Source of the DNA: a phage
Direction: 5' to 3' (one strand)
DNA length: 64,000 nucleotides
Assembly: GCA_024790105.1 (NCBI GenBank)
Contig: GCA_024790105.1_3053.1
The notes beneath the pieces are model-generated. The model did no database searches and was not told the DNA's origin. It saw only the letters and a program-made list of their open reading frames with translations. Shown here in pieces: positions 29,385 to 39,556 of this stretch (position 1 is its first letter; each line of letters starts with the position of its first letter). Made by a program: the position numbers and the translations under genes.

Positions 29385-29771
29385 TTATTCGAGGGAAAGA
29401 AGATACTTACTCTGGTAAAACATTCCAGTAATATCATCTATCGTGCTTTGAATGGCTGGAGGCATTTCTTTATAAATGCTGTTAGATTGGTCTAGTATGT
29501 GATCAATCATTTTAATTGTGTCGGTAGGAAGTTTACTGGCATCTGGAATTGAAGGTGTGTATTTTCTACCAGAATACCCCAAATATTGCTCACCAAATTT
29601 ATCAATCAAATCTGGCAACTCGGAGAAAATAAAATCGTATGCTTTGTGTCTAGCATAACTTTTAGTTTCAAAATGTGCAGAATGAAAATAAGCTTGTGCA
29701 GCCATTAATAAACCTAAGTATTCATCTGCCTTTGAAGGTTTTCCACTTTGTGAAAAGTCGCTGAATTTCAT
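29385..29771 (-). CDS. Hypothetical protein (rI.-1 position)
   Basis: 128-aa ORF upstream of rI. Confidence 0.4.
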
Positions 29772-30061
29772 TCAGTCTCCAATTTAATGTTCATAATTCT
29801 AGCGTATGATTGTGCCATCTCCGCGCCTCGTTCTATACATTCAAAATCAGAAGAGCACGGGTCATTTTTATAGGTCGTTCTCATAAAACTATAGAATTGT
29901 TCAGACGATTCTACGCTTTTATTTTCAAAAAGCATATAAACGTGCCTAATACCAGATTCCATAAATTTATCAAAATGAGGATCGACATTCGCTTCAATTG
30001 ATGGAGATAAAACAAATGACAATCCTAGCATGGCAAATAGTGCCGTTGCTTTTAAGGCCAT
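29768..30061 (-). CDS. rI: Lysis inhibition regulator rI-like secreted protein
   Basis: 97 aa with N-terminal signal-anchor; T4 rI length and position upstream of tk. Confidence 0.65.
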   Translation of the reverse strand: MALKATALFAMLGLSFVLSPSIEANVDPHFDKFMESGIRHVYMLFENKSVESSEQFYSFMRTTYKNDPCSSDFECIERGAEMAQSYARIMNIKLETE

Positions 30062-30073
30062 AAAGGCCTCCTA

Positions 30074-30286
30074 TCATTTTTGTCCTGTATTTACTTTATG
30101 CCGATGCACGGCCTTAACTTTATCAAGGTATTTTTCAAAATTTCGCAATCTAGTATAGTCTGCCGGAGATTGGTTGAGTGATACTTCTCGACGCAAAGCT
30201 GAAATGATATTTCCAACTTCCCTACGAATTTCATCTAATTGAAGCACAGTAAGATTGCGAAGTTGCTTTTCAGTTAATTGTAGCAT
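30074..30286 (-). CDS. Hypothetical protein
   Basis: 70-aa ORF. Confidence 0.4.
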
Positions 30287-30328
30287 ATATACCCCTTTAG
30301 TTAGATAAACCTATTTATAACTTTTGCA

Positions 30329-30910
30329 CTAACCGAGCTTTTTAGTTAATTCATTCCAATGTTTTCTGCACAAAGAAACATAAATTTCATCACCAATACA
30401 GATTTGATTACCTTCTTTAACTGGTGTTCCATCTTCCATTAATCGAGCTGTCATAATCGCTTTTTTGCCGCAATGACAGACTGCTTTCAGTTCAATAAGT
30501 TTATCTGCAATCGCTAAAAGTTCTTTAGAACCTTCAAACAATTTTCCAGCGAAATCAGTCCTTAATCCATAAGCCATAACAGGAACATTATATGTATCAA
30601 CAATTCGGCTCAATTGATGTACTTGTTCAGTTTTTAAAAACTGAGCTTCATCTACAAATACGCAATGAATATCTTTTTGTGCTTCAGCCCATTTATAGAA
30701 TTCGAAAATGTCCATATCATCTGTAATAATATTCGCTTCCTGCTTAATTCCAATGCGAGAAACGACTTCACAGACAGAATCGCGAGTATCAATAGCAGGC
30801 TTAAGAACTAATACACTCATTCCACGTTCTTTATAATTATGTGCAGCAGTCAAAAGAGAAGCAGATTTTCCAGCATTCATTGCTGCATAAGTAAAAATTA
30901 AACTCGCCAT
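30329..30910 (-). CDS. tk: Thymidine kinase
   Basis: 193 aa; P-loop AAMNAGKS; zinc ribbon Cys pairs; T4 length. Confidence 0.9.
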   Translation of the reverse strand: MASLIFTYAAMNAGKSASLLTAAHNYKERGMSVLVLKPAIDTRDSVCEVVSRIGIKQEANIITDDMDIFEFYKWAEAQKDIHCVFVDEAQFLKTEQVHQLSRIVDTYNVPVMAYGLRTDFAGKLFEGSKELLAIADKLIELKAVCHCGKKAIMTARLMEDGTPVKEGNQICIGDEIYVSLCRKHWNELTKKLG

Positions 30911-30919
30911 ATCACCTTC

Positions 30920-31105
30920 TTAAAGCGTATTCACATAAGCTATTAATTCGTTTTCTTTCTTATCAAACCGATCAGCAAATTCTTCCTGCTGTTCGGGAGA
31001 TAGCGGGCCATATTCATCATAAAAGGTGTTTGCTTCTGTATGCTCATCTAGAAGTTCATGGATAAGCTCAAACAATTTATCTTTTTGTTCTTTACTTAGA
31101 CTCAT
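30920..31105 (-). CDS. Hypothetical acidic protein
   Basis: 61-aa ORF. Confidence 0.4.
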   Translation of the reverse strand: MSLSKEQKDKLFELIHELLDEHTEANTFYDEYGPLSPEQQEEFADRFDKKENELIAYVNTL

Positions 31106-31271
31106 ATATTAATTTCCAGGAGTTTTAAAATAATTCGCTTTTGCTTAAATATTTCCATAGTTAAATGACCAGTATCTTTTTGACCGATTCCAATGGCAAA
31201 ACCTTTATTAACAGCGAGTTCAATTAAATTATCAAGCTCACGTAACACTTCGTATTGTAACTCAAAACTAT

Positions 31272-31499
31272 TCATTTTGGTTTACCTTCTTTAACGAAAT
31301 CAGGATAAGGATAAAATCCTGAATAAAATCCTTCACCTTTATGATTGATGCATCCTTTATTAGAACAATAGCACCAATAATCGAAATCACAAGCCATTTC
31401 ATCGTTGCATAAAGCAAAAACAACAGGCCACTTACACTTTTCACAGTGGGCATTTTTAAGAATACTAGTTTGGCTCATAACCATGTAACCTTTAAGCAA
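31272..31499 (-). CDS. Cys-rich small protein
   Basis: 75-aa ORF with nine Cys; start uncertain. Confidence 0.35.
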   Translation of the reverse strand: MLKGYMVMSQTSILKNAHCEKCKWPVVFALCNDEMACDFDYWCYCSNKGCINHKGEGFYSGFYPYPDFVKEGKPK

Positions 31500-31687
31500 T
31501 ATTCTTCTACATGTTGTTTACGACCTTTCTTATCAATAAAGGTATATTCAACGAATGTTCCAATGTAGTCTTTATCTACATCATGTGGACTATTAATTGG
31601 ACATTTAGTACGGCAAATGCGTTCCCATTGACGAATAATTTCCACTTTGTTTTTAGGATCAAACGGATGTGGGTAATGTACTTTCAT
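31475..31687 (-). CDS. Hypothetical protein
   Basis: 70-aa ORF. Confidence 0.4.
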   Translation of the reverse strand: MKVHYPHPFDPKNKVEIIRQWERICRTKCPINSPHDVDKDYIGTFVEYTFIDKKGRKQHVEEYCLKVTWL

Positions 31688-32138
31688 AATCCACCACTAT
31701 TAAATCAATATCAGGAGTAAACATGTCGATTAATTTAGAAACCTTATCCCAATCACCGCCAGCAATACCACAACCTATGCGTGGAATATAAATTACTGGT
31801 TTAAACAAAAGGGTTTCTGCCTGTAGATTTAATTCTATCATGCAGTTTACTAAAGCACCATAATCAAGATTAGGACCTGGTTCGTATTGCGTATACAAGT
31901 TATAACATATGCCAAAACCATTAGGTTTATGTTTAAAAACAATAGACATATCACCGAGTTTTTCACGCGAACCATATTCAGTTGTGGTCTTATCTATTTC
32001 TAAAATTTTGGGATAGGCTCTTGCTAATTGACCCGCTACACCTGAACCCATAGTATGAAAACAATTGCACCCGTGCGCAATAATATTACCTTGAAGAAAT
32101 AGGGCGACAATATCGCCCTTGATATATTTTACAATCAT
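31659..32138 (-). CDS. Macro-domain protein (candidate ADP-ribose hydrolase)
   Basis: GDI...NIIAHGCNC...GSGVAGQL...IYIPRIGCGIAGGD aligns by eye with macro-domain motifs GDIT / VNAAN / GGGVDGAI / AFPAISTGVYGYP. Confidence 0.6.
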   Translation of the reverse strand: MIVKYIKGDIVALFLQGNIIAHGCNCFHTMGSGVAGQLARAYPKILEIDKTTTEYGSREKLGDMSIVFKHKPNGFGICYNLYTQYEPGPNLDYGALVNCMIELNLQAETLLFKPVIYIPRIGCGIAGGDWDKVSKLIDMFTPDIDLIVVDYESTLPTSV

Positions 32139-32482
32139 CTAGTACTCAATCCTCGATTATAAGAATCTACCAAACGGTCAACCATTGAATGACAAGCGGC
32201 TTTATCTTTCTCCTCCGCAACTGAACATTCTAAGGTATTCCACTTTTTAGCATATCGTTTTAATAATGTATCGTTTTTGTATCTGCTTGATTTATCTCTT
32301 TCTCCAACTTTATATGCATATATTAATTTCTGCGCAAATTCAGCTTGGCATGCTTTATTTTTCCCACAATAATCTGCCGCAGTGCGGTTTACATATTCTC
32401 TAATTTCAGTATATGATGTATCTGCTGACGCAGAAGCAGAAAATGAAATTAATCCTATACATAAAACCAAAATTTTAGTCAT
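32135..32482 (-). CDS. Secreted protein (T4 vs position)
   Basis: 115 aa with signal peptide; positional only. Confidence 0.4.
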   Translation of the reverse strand: MTKILVLCIGLISFSASASADTSYTEIREYVNRTAADYCGKNKACQAEFAQKLIYAYKVGERDKSSRYKNDTLLKRYAKKWNTLECSVAEEKDKAACHSMVDRLVDSYNRGLSTR

Positions 32483-33020
32483 TTACTATTTCCAAAAGTT
32501 TATTATTTTTAAGGTAATTAGCCTTTTCTAGGACTTCAAAAGCATATTTAGAACCAGCTTTAACATTCCATCCCGAATTATAAGAGGATATTGCTTTTCT
32601 TATATCGCCCTTATGTATATTTAACCAATAAGAAAGTTCAATGTACGCCCAGGAAGCTGAATTGGATCGTTTATTCAACATTCTTTTTATTTCAGCATCG
32701 GTCATATTATAACCAAGTTCCTTAACTCTTGCTCGCATAGTAGGCAAATAATTTTGGAACATTCCGTAGGCGTGATGCTTTGGTTTAGATTTTAAATTAA
32801 CTCCGCCAGAGCTTTCTTGCCATAAAATAGCAGCCATTATATGACCTAATCCGCTCTTGTGGATATTTTTGTGTGTTTTATATTTTCCATCCTTAGAAAA
32901 CTGTTCCCCGAATTGATACGCGTAACGCATGTTATCGAGTTGGACATTACTGAAAGTATGCTCGGAGCTATGTGCCATCATAGAAATAGCCAATAGACCA
33001 GCGAGTAGTGCTTTTCTCAT
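32475..33020 (-). CDS. Lytic transglycosylase-like secreted protein
   Basis: Signal peptide; SLT-like E-S...GMFQ catalytic motif (WQESSGG ... YGMFQ). Confidence 0.6.
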   Translation of the reverse strand: MRKALLAGLLAISMMAHSSEHTFSNVQLDNMRYAYQFGEQFSKDGKYKTHKNIHKSGLGHIMAAILWQESSGGVNLKSKPKHHAYGMFQNYLPTMRARVKELGYNMTDAEIKRMLNKRSNSASWAYIELSYWLNIHKGDIRKAISSYNSGWNVKAGSKYAFEVLEKANYLKNNKLLEIVND

Positions 33021-33027
33021 GCTTACC

Positions 33028-33489
33028 TCATTGAGTTTTAATTACTGCTTTAGAAGCCTTTCCTGGTAAACGACGACTGTTAATAATTGCCATCCTGCAT
33101 TGAAGTAACGGGTTTTTGAACTTCTCATTAGGCTTACAAACCGTAAATCCAAGCCAAAGATTTCCATCTGTGATTTCTAAACGTCCAGGACGATATTCAA
33201 CCCCATCAATAAAATCCTCGTCAATGTCAGGACGCGGAGGCATACTCAGGAATTCATTAACTTCTAAAACATGGTCTTTTATTTTATGGAATAATTCAAA
33301 AACATATGTCTCATCAATCTCCCGTTGAATTGCACGATCAAGAAGATGTTGAGAATATTTTAGATGAAACGATGAGACCCCTGCTGCTTTTGATGCCTCA
33401 CGAATCTCATTGTTAATTTGACGAAACTCCGACTCAAAATGACGACGAAGCTTATTTCGACGGATAAAAACTTCTGTATTGATAGTCAT
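33028..33489 (-). CDS. regB: Endoribonuclease RegB
   Basis: 153 aa, T4 RegB length and sequence as recalled. Confidence 0.85.
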   Translation of the reverse strand: MTINTEVFIRRNKLRRHFESEFRQINNEIREASKAAGVSSFHLKYSQHLLDRAIQREIDETYVFELFHKIKDHVLEVNEFLSMPPRPDIDEDFIDGVEYRPGRLEITDGNLWLGFTVCKPNEKFKNPLLQCRMAIINSRRLPGKASKAVIKTQ

Positions 33490-33516
33490 GTTATTCTCCT
33501 CTTAACTGATAGAAAA

Positions 33517-33546
33517 ATTATACCACAGTCAAGAGGAAAAGTAAAC
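33517..33546 (-). promoter_or_regulatory. T4 early-type promoter
   Basis: GTTTAC - 18 nt - TGGTATAAT (extended -10) upstream of regB. Confidence 0.55.
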
Positions 33547-33548
33547 AG

Positions 33549-33869
33549 TTATTCTTTAAATCTGATCAATTTATTCATAGACTTTGAGACTTCTGCACGA
33601 ACCTCATGTAGATTTTTGAGCTGTTCAAGACGCTGCGCATAGTAAGCAATTTCATCTTCTTCTAGACAGTCCTGTGAATCTTCTTTAAGATAACGCGCAT
33701 AGTCCTGGAAAGCATTACGAATTACTTCTTGGAAGTCATCAAGACTTTGAATTTTCTTAGGAGCAACAGATACACGACGAGGGGCAGTATAATACTCATA
33801 ACCAAACCCTGCGCTTAATTGAGCCATTAGTATTTTTCCTCTGGTTGGAACACAGCACGGCAAGCCCAC
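33549..33869 (-). CDS. Hypothetical protein
   Basis: 106-aa ORF, start uncertain. Confidence 0.4.
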   Translation of the reverse strand: MGLPCCVPTRGKILMAQLSAGFGYEYYTAPRRVSVAPKKIQSLDDFQEVIRNAFQDYARYLKEDSQDCLEEDEIAYYAQRLEQLKNLHEVRAEVSKSMNKLIRFKE

Positions 33870-34129
33870 ATACTGGCTTCTTTGAGTTTCGTTTTAGCAA
33901 TAGTTAACTGATCTAGGCTTTCAGCATAATTCTTTGCGAATTCGTAGTCTTCACAATTATCTAGTGCTTCCCAGAATTCATCATATAAAGCGTCAAAGAT
34001 AAGTCCTAAACGAACTTCAGCGTCTTTGATAGCATTCACTTTACCGATTTTCTCTTCAGTATGTGGTTTATAACCCTTAATATCTTCAATCATATTTGAC
34101 TTCCTCGCCCGTTCCCAAATCATATTCAA
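33827..34129 (-). CDS. Hypothetical small protein (T4 vs.4 position)
   Basis: About 88-100 aa depending on start; positional candidate only. Confidence 0.4.
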   Translation of the reverse strand: MNMIWERARKSNMIEDIKGYKPHTEEKIGKVNAIKDAEVRLGLIFDALYDEFWEALDNCEDYEFAKNYAESLDQLTIAKTKLKEASMWACRAVFQPEEKY

Positions 34130-34307
34130 CTAAACGAATAGGTTCATGAATGCCATATCCCTGAACAGAAATTTCTGTCGTAGGATAAATTCCATTAATA
34201 TCACCCATGTTCCATGCTTCGTTAAATTGATGTTCGCCTGAATTACTAAACCATTTGGCGAAAGCATTTAGCACATCTTCAGAACCTTCAATAATTATCT
34301 TTGCCAT
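34086..34307 (-). CDS. Hypothetical protein
   Basis: 73-aa ORF. Confidence 0.4.
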   Translation of the reverse strand: MAKIIIEGSEDVLNAFAKWFSNSGEHQFNEAWNMGDINGIYPTTEISVQGYGIHEPIRLVEYDLGTGEEVKYD

Positions 34308-34669
34308 TACAAACTCTCGGTAAAGGTACGAGCGATAACGTCGCGCTGCTGTTCCGGAGTCAGAGAGTTAAAGCGAACTGCATAACCGGATACACGGATA
34401 GTCAGCTGCGGATATTTTTCCGGATGCTTAACTGCATCTTCCAGAGTTTCACGACGCAGAACGTTAACGTTCAGGTGTTGACCACCTTCAATTTTAACTG
34501 TAGGCTGTTGCTCAATTTCAATTTCACGGGCATGCAAACCGTAGAAAATTTCTGGGTCTACAAAAGAGTCCTCTTTAAAGGTTTTAGAGACAATAATTCG
34601 TGCTTGAATACCATCTTCAAAATAAATAGTACCTTTATGTGTGCCTTCAAGAATTTGATATGCTTTCAT
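34307..34669 (-). CDS. Autonomous glycyl radical cofactor GrcA/YfiD-like protein
   Basis: C-terminal half contains glycyl radical motif RVSGYAVRF and matches E. coli GrcA C-terminus as recalled. Confidence 0.8.
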   Translation of the reverse strand: MKAYQILEGTHKGTIYFEDGIQARIIVSKTFKEDSFVDPEIFYGLHAREIEIEQQPTVKIEGGQHLNVNVLRRETLEDAVKHPEKYPQLTIRVSGYAVRFNSLTPEQQRDVIARTFTESL

Positions 34670-34676
34670 ATAAACC

Positions 34677-35606
34677 TCAATTAGAAAATAAATTTATCCA
34701 AGATTGTTCTTTAATTAAAAATGGCTCAGAATCATATGCCATTAAACTCTGTGTGATTAGTCCTTTAAAAGGCCCATCAATAAATTCCATGGTAAAATAT
34801 GGAATTTTATTCATTAGCCGTGCATTAGGAGCAGTACACAAAACTCTGCATCCTTTGAATACGCCTTTTTGTAATTTGTATTGCTTGGGATAAAATTCGC
34901 TTAAAATGTTGTTATTTGCCAAAATTTCAAAATGATTCACCAATTTATTTTTAATAGTTTTTGGCGAAAAATAAAGATATTCGAAAAGCTGAGTGTCTGT
35001 CATCATTGCATTCCGATTACGAAAAAACTGTGGACGAGTAATACCACCAATACAACATTTAATATTACAGCAGCAGTGTACAGTGTCAATATGGACACTA
35101 TAAATCTTATCCATATCAGGAGATTTGACAGGCTCATCAATTATATACAAAATTCGCGAAAGCGATAAACCTCTGAACTTGCTTCCTTTATTACCAATAA
35201 AACTGCGCACAGAATCAGTAAATAAACGAAAACGTATATCATCATTAGAATAACGCGAAAATTCCTTTTTAATGTTATTTGCAGAAATTTTAGCGTAAGC
35301 TGAAGTATTAGAAAGAACAATAACTGTTCCACCGTCATACAACCAATTAGCGGCAAAATTAGTTACTGCAATTGATTTACCGGATTGACGTCCACCATCT
35401 ATACGAAGTGTGCAGTACTGTTTAAGTAATTCTTCAAATGGTGGGATATAATCGTTTTTACAAATTTCTTCTACTCTAGCGTCAGAATGGTGTGTAAAAG
35501 CATTCATCAGGGATAGATAAGGACCAGTTAAAAATGTTCTCATTTTATTCTCTCTAAATTTGGGCCATTCCATGGCGCATGAATTGTCCATTTCTGTATT
35601 TACCAC
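34677..35606 (-). CDS. P-loop NTPase of unknown function
   Basis: Walker A GGRQSGKS and Walker B-like LYIIDE; Cys cluster HCCCNIKCC; occupies region where T4 has vs.7/denV. Confidence 0.5.
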   Translation of the reverse strand: MVNTEMDNSCAMEWPKFRENKMRTFLTGPYLSLMNAFTHHSDARVEEICKNDYIPPFEELLKQYCTLRIDGGRQSGKSIAVTNFAANWLYDGGTVIVLSNTSAYAKISANNIKKEFSRYSNDDIRFRLFTDSVRSFIGNKGSKFRGLSLSRILYIIDEPVKSPDMDKIYSVHIDTVHCCCNIKCCIGGITRPQFFRNRNAMMTDTQLFEYLYFSPKTIKNKLVNHFEILANNNILSEFYPKQYKLQKGVFKGCRVLCTAPNARLMNKIPYFTMEFIDGPFKGLITQSLMAYDSEPFLIKEQSWINLFSN

Positions 35607-35623
35607 TCCAAGTAATTATGAAT

Positions 35624-35653
35624 ATACTATCACAATTCTAGGAGAAAGTAAAC
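35624..35653 (-). promoter_or_regulatory. T4 early-type promoter cassette (downstream flank of ipII)
   Basis: GTTTAC with A/T -10 region; near-identical to copy at 36020-36049. Confidence 0.45.
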
Positions 35654-35655
35654 TG

Positions 35656-35958
35656 TTATTTATCTTTAATTACTTTAGCTGCTTCGATAGCCGCTTGCTG
35701 AAGGTCATCCATAGACATACCGAATTTAGAAGCAAAGTTATCAATTTTCTTTTCGACAGCATTCAAAGGCTTGGCCTGTTTACCTTCATTAGCGCCAGGA
35801 AGAGCGAGAATACGCTCTTTGTCAATATAAAGGCTTACAAGTTTCTTACGGTCTTTATCGGACAAATCATGAAATGAATGGGCCTTTTTATTTATAGCGG
35901 CTTCTAATTTACCTGCACTCACTCGCGCTTCAGTAATAAATTCTTGATATGTTTTCAT
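35656..35958 (-). CDS. ipII: Internal protein II-like (capsid-targeted)
   Basis: 100 aa; N-terminal MKTYQEFITEA capsid targeting sequence typical of T4 internal proteins. Confidence 0.7.
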   Translation of the reverse strand: MKTYQEFITEARVSAGKLEAAINKKAHSFHDLSDKDRKKLVSLYIDKERILALPGANEGKQAKPLNAVEKKIDNFASKFGMSMDDLQQAAIEAAKVIKDK

Positions 35959-36019
35959 ATGTTTCCTTTAAATGTAAATATTTTAATTGGTAATTGACTG
36001 TTCAAATAACTGTGAATAT

Positions 36020-36049
36020 ATATTATCACAATTCTAGGAGAAAGTAAAC
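36020..36049 (-). promoter_or_regulatory. T4 early-type promoter cassette (upstream flank of ipII)
   Basis: GTTTAC - 18 nt - TAATAT. Confidence 0.45.
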
Positions 36050-36053
36050 AACT

Positions 36054-37022
<969 letters not shown>

Positions 37023-37041
<19 letters not shown>

Positions 37042-37511
37042 TCAGTGATAAAGTTATTTAAATTTTGAGTATATTTCTTTTCATCAAAAATCTTTTGCTG
37101 TCTGCGTAACCGCCATGGCATTTCAATGAACATACGCCATATTCCTGATAATACTGCTGCTGTAAAAATATTAACAAGTATAGTTAAAAGAACCCAATCT
37201 CCTATTCTGTCCATTGGATTTTTTATAAAAAAGTAAAATACGAACGATGATATAGGAAGACTAATGATATACCACAGAAGAACCTTCTTATCTGTGAACC
37301 AATCAGCATTCGTTAACTTAGCGCGACCGTTTTGAATACATACGAACTTATCATCTGTTACAGTAAATGGCTTAGCTGCTTGATATCCCATTCTAAACTC
37401 CCTAATCAACAAATTTTTCATATCTTCGGAACAACCATTCCAGTCAACTCTATCAACTGAAATGCCATCATCCCCATCATCTAAATCATACCAGCGAGTT
37501 TTTAAAATCAT
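37023..37511 (-). CDS. Membrane protein
   Basis: 162 aa with two central TM helices. Confidence 0.45.
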
Positions 37512-37870
37512 TTAATTTTCCTACAATCACTCACAAACTCTTCCATTGATTCTTTTTCAATATAAGACATGTAGCTATTATATTCTTTTAATTGTATTTT
37601 GTAATCTTTTTTTCTTTGCCAATTTATTTTAAAATTATCATAATGAAAATATAACATGGTACCAAAGAATGAAAATAATGAAATAATTTTAGTATAGTGA
37701 AGTTCACTCCAAACTTCTATTATATTTACTGTGCCGTCAATGTTTAAAATAAGACAGTCAATTAACAATCCAAAAAGACTACCCGCAAGAGCTGCAGCCA
37801 ACGCCACAGCAAAAATTAAAAATGACTCAGGAAGCGAATATTTGACTTTATTTAGTTTTGGCTTTTGCAT
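37508..37870 (-). CDS. Membrane protein
   Basis: 120 aa with two TM helices. Confidence 0.45.
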   Translation of the reverse strand: MQKPKLNKVKYSLPESFLIFAVALAAALAGSLFGLLIDCLILNIDGTVNIIEVWSELHYTKIISLFSFFGTMLYFHYDNFKINWQRKKDYKIQLKEYNSYMSYIEKESMEEFVSDCRKIK

Positions 37871-38265
37871 CGTGATTCCTTAACAAATTTCATAATTTCA
37901 TCAAATTCATACGCAGCAAGTTTAAGCTGATGTTCCTTTTTAATCTTTTTACACTGAGCTTTCCATTCGCGTACGCGTTTACGATAATGTCTTCCTTGAT
38001 ACCAGTATCCTACCCAATTTACAGGTACTAATAAAAATGGAACTATTAATGGAAGAATTAGCATTAATACAAGTATTTCGCCAGAATCAATATCAGTCAT
38101 AACATCTAAAACACCTCCAATAATCAATAGAATTACAAATGATATGAGTATAACAGGACCTATTAACACATCAGTAGAAATTATCTGACGCTTTAATTCA
38201 TATTTCAGCGGTTTACTTGGAAGGTATAGTGATGGTTTTGACATATTCTCTACACTCCTTAACAA
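37852..38265 (-). CDS. Membrane protein
   Basis: 137 aa with two TM helices. Confidence 0.45.
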   Translation of the reverse strand: MLRSVENMSKPSLYLPSKPLKYELKRQIISTDVLIGPVILISFVILLIIGGVLDVMTDIDSGEILVLMLILPLIVPFLLVPVNWVGYWYQGRHYRKRVREWKAQCKKIKKEHQLKLAAYEFDEIMKFVKESRCKSQN

Positions 38266-38821
38266 ATTTTTCTAGTAATAAATCACTTTCAAAATTAGGA
38301 TTTTCCACTAATTTATCAAAAAGATCATCAACAATAGTTAAGATATTCTTTTTACTAAGAATACGTTTATTTTCATGCTTCGTTTCAGAATCAACTATAA
38401 GAGTAAAGAAATATTTCTTGCCCTGAAATTTTACAGTAGTATCAATATAAAATAAATTTGACTTTTGTAAATTACGTCTAAACCCCGCGTCACTTAAACT
38501 ATAAATGCCAAGATAGTCATAATCGTCGTTTAAATAACAAACTGTCCATTCAGGAGAAATGAAATCAGTAAATTCAACATCAAAATCACATGTCAATGAA
38601 TTAATTGATTCAATACTGTTAATAAGTATTCCAGGACGTATTAAAGACTTTTTACCTCTATAAAATCTTCCAGAAAGACTTTCGTCAGTTTCATATGAAG
38701 ACCCCCAATAGTAATTACGTCCTTCTGCCATACGTTTAAGAACATTTAGTAATTGGTCTGGAACATCAACATGTCTTTGGAACTCTTCAAACATTGAATT
38801 GAAATCATTTTGCATTCTCAT
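38213..38821 (-). CDS. Hypothetical protein
   Basis: 202-aa ORF. Confidence 0.45.
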   Translation of the reverse strand: MRMQNDFNSMFEEFQRHVDVPDQLLNVLKRMAEGRNYYWGSSYETDESLSGRFYRGKKSLIRPGILINSIESINSLTCDFDVEFTDFISPEWTVCYLNDDYDYLGIYSLSDAGFRRNLQKSNLFYIDTTVKFQGKKYFFTLIVDSETKHENKRILSKKNILTIVDDLFDKLVENPNFESDLLLEKFVKECREYVKTITIPSK

Positions 38822-38841
38822 TCCTATTTACTCCAGTAATA

Positions 38842-38855
38842 GGGGCCGAAGCCCC
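38842..38855 (-). promoter_or_regulatory. C(UUCG)G tetraloop hairpin
   Basis: GGGGCCGAAGCCCC between two ORFs. Confidence 0.4.
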
Positions 38856-38861
38856 TTATCA

Positions 38862-39455
38862 TTATTTCAGAGAATTAATGTATTCCTGAACATCGGCAGA
38901 AGTGGTTTCAACCCCAGAAATATTACCGTTAAAGGTTTCAACTCGAGCAAGAGTATCTTCAATATCAACCTTAGTTAGCGCTGCGATTTCAACTACATCA
39001 TCGGCAGTACTAATTCCAAGGGCATTTGCCGCACGAGTTTCACGGATATATTCCAATTTAACTGCAAGTTCTTGGCGAGCATCATCTAACTCAACTACTT
39101 TCTTGGCGATTTCAATTCGCATTTCAGCATAACCATCAGCCTTAGTAGTCAACTGTTCAGCTGTTCGACGATATAGCAAACCGAGTTTAGCATGCATTGT
39201 TACATCTTGACCCTCGGAAAGAAGCTTGCGAATTTCACGCTCTTTTGATTCGGCTTGTCGATTCTTTTCGATAACAAGTTCACGAATACGTTTTTCTTCA
39301 TTAATAGATTTAACAGAAGCAGTTTTTAGATCTTTAATTTTATCAAGCAGTTTTGCTGCTGCAGCAGTATACTGTTCTTCAACAGATAGATTTTTAGCCA
39401 TAGCAGAACCAAGTTTAGTGCGAATAAACTCAACAATTTTCTTCAGTGTGTTCAT
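38862..39455 (-). CDS. Coiled-coil protein (PspA-like?)
   Basis: 197 aa predicted largely helical/coiled-coil; weak resemblance to PspA/IM30 by eye. Confidence 0.45.
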   Translation of the reverse strand: MNTLKKIVEFIRTKLGSAMAKNLSVEEQYTAAAAKLLDKIKDLKTASVKSINEEKRIRELVIEKNRQAESKEREIRKLLSEGQDVTMHAKLGLLYRRTAEQLTTKADGYAEMRIEIAKKVVELDDARQELAVKLEYIRETRAANALGISTADDVVEIAALTKVDIEDTLARVETFNGNISGVETTSADVQEYINSLK

Positions 39456-39556
39456 AGTATTTCCTTAGGTTAATTGAGATTTAAAATCCGTAGGAGTATA
39501 ATACTCTATCGTCAAATTATAGGCTCATAATATCTCAATCATGAGCCTGTGTAAAC

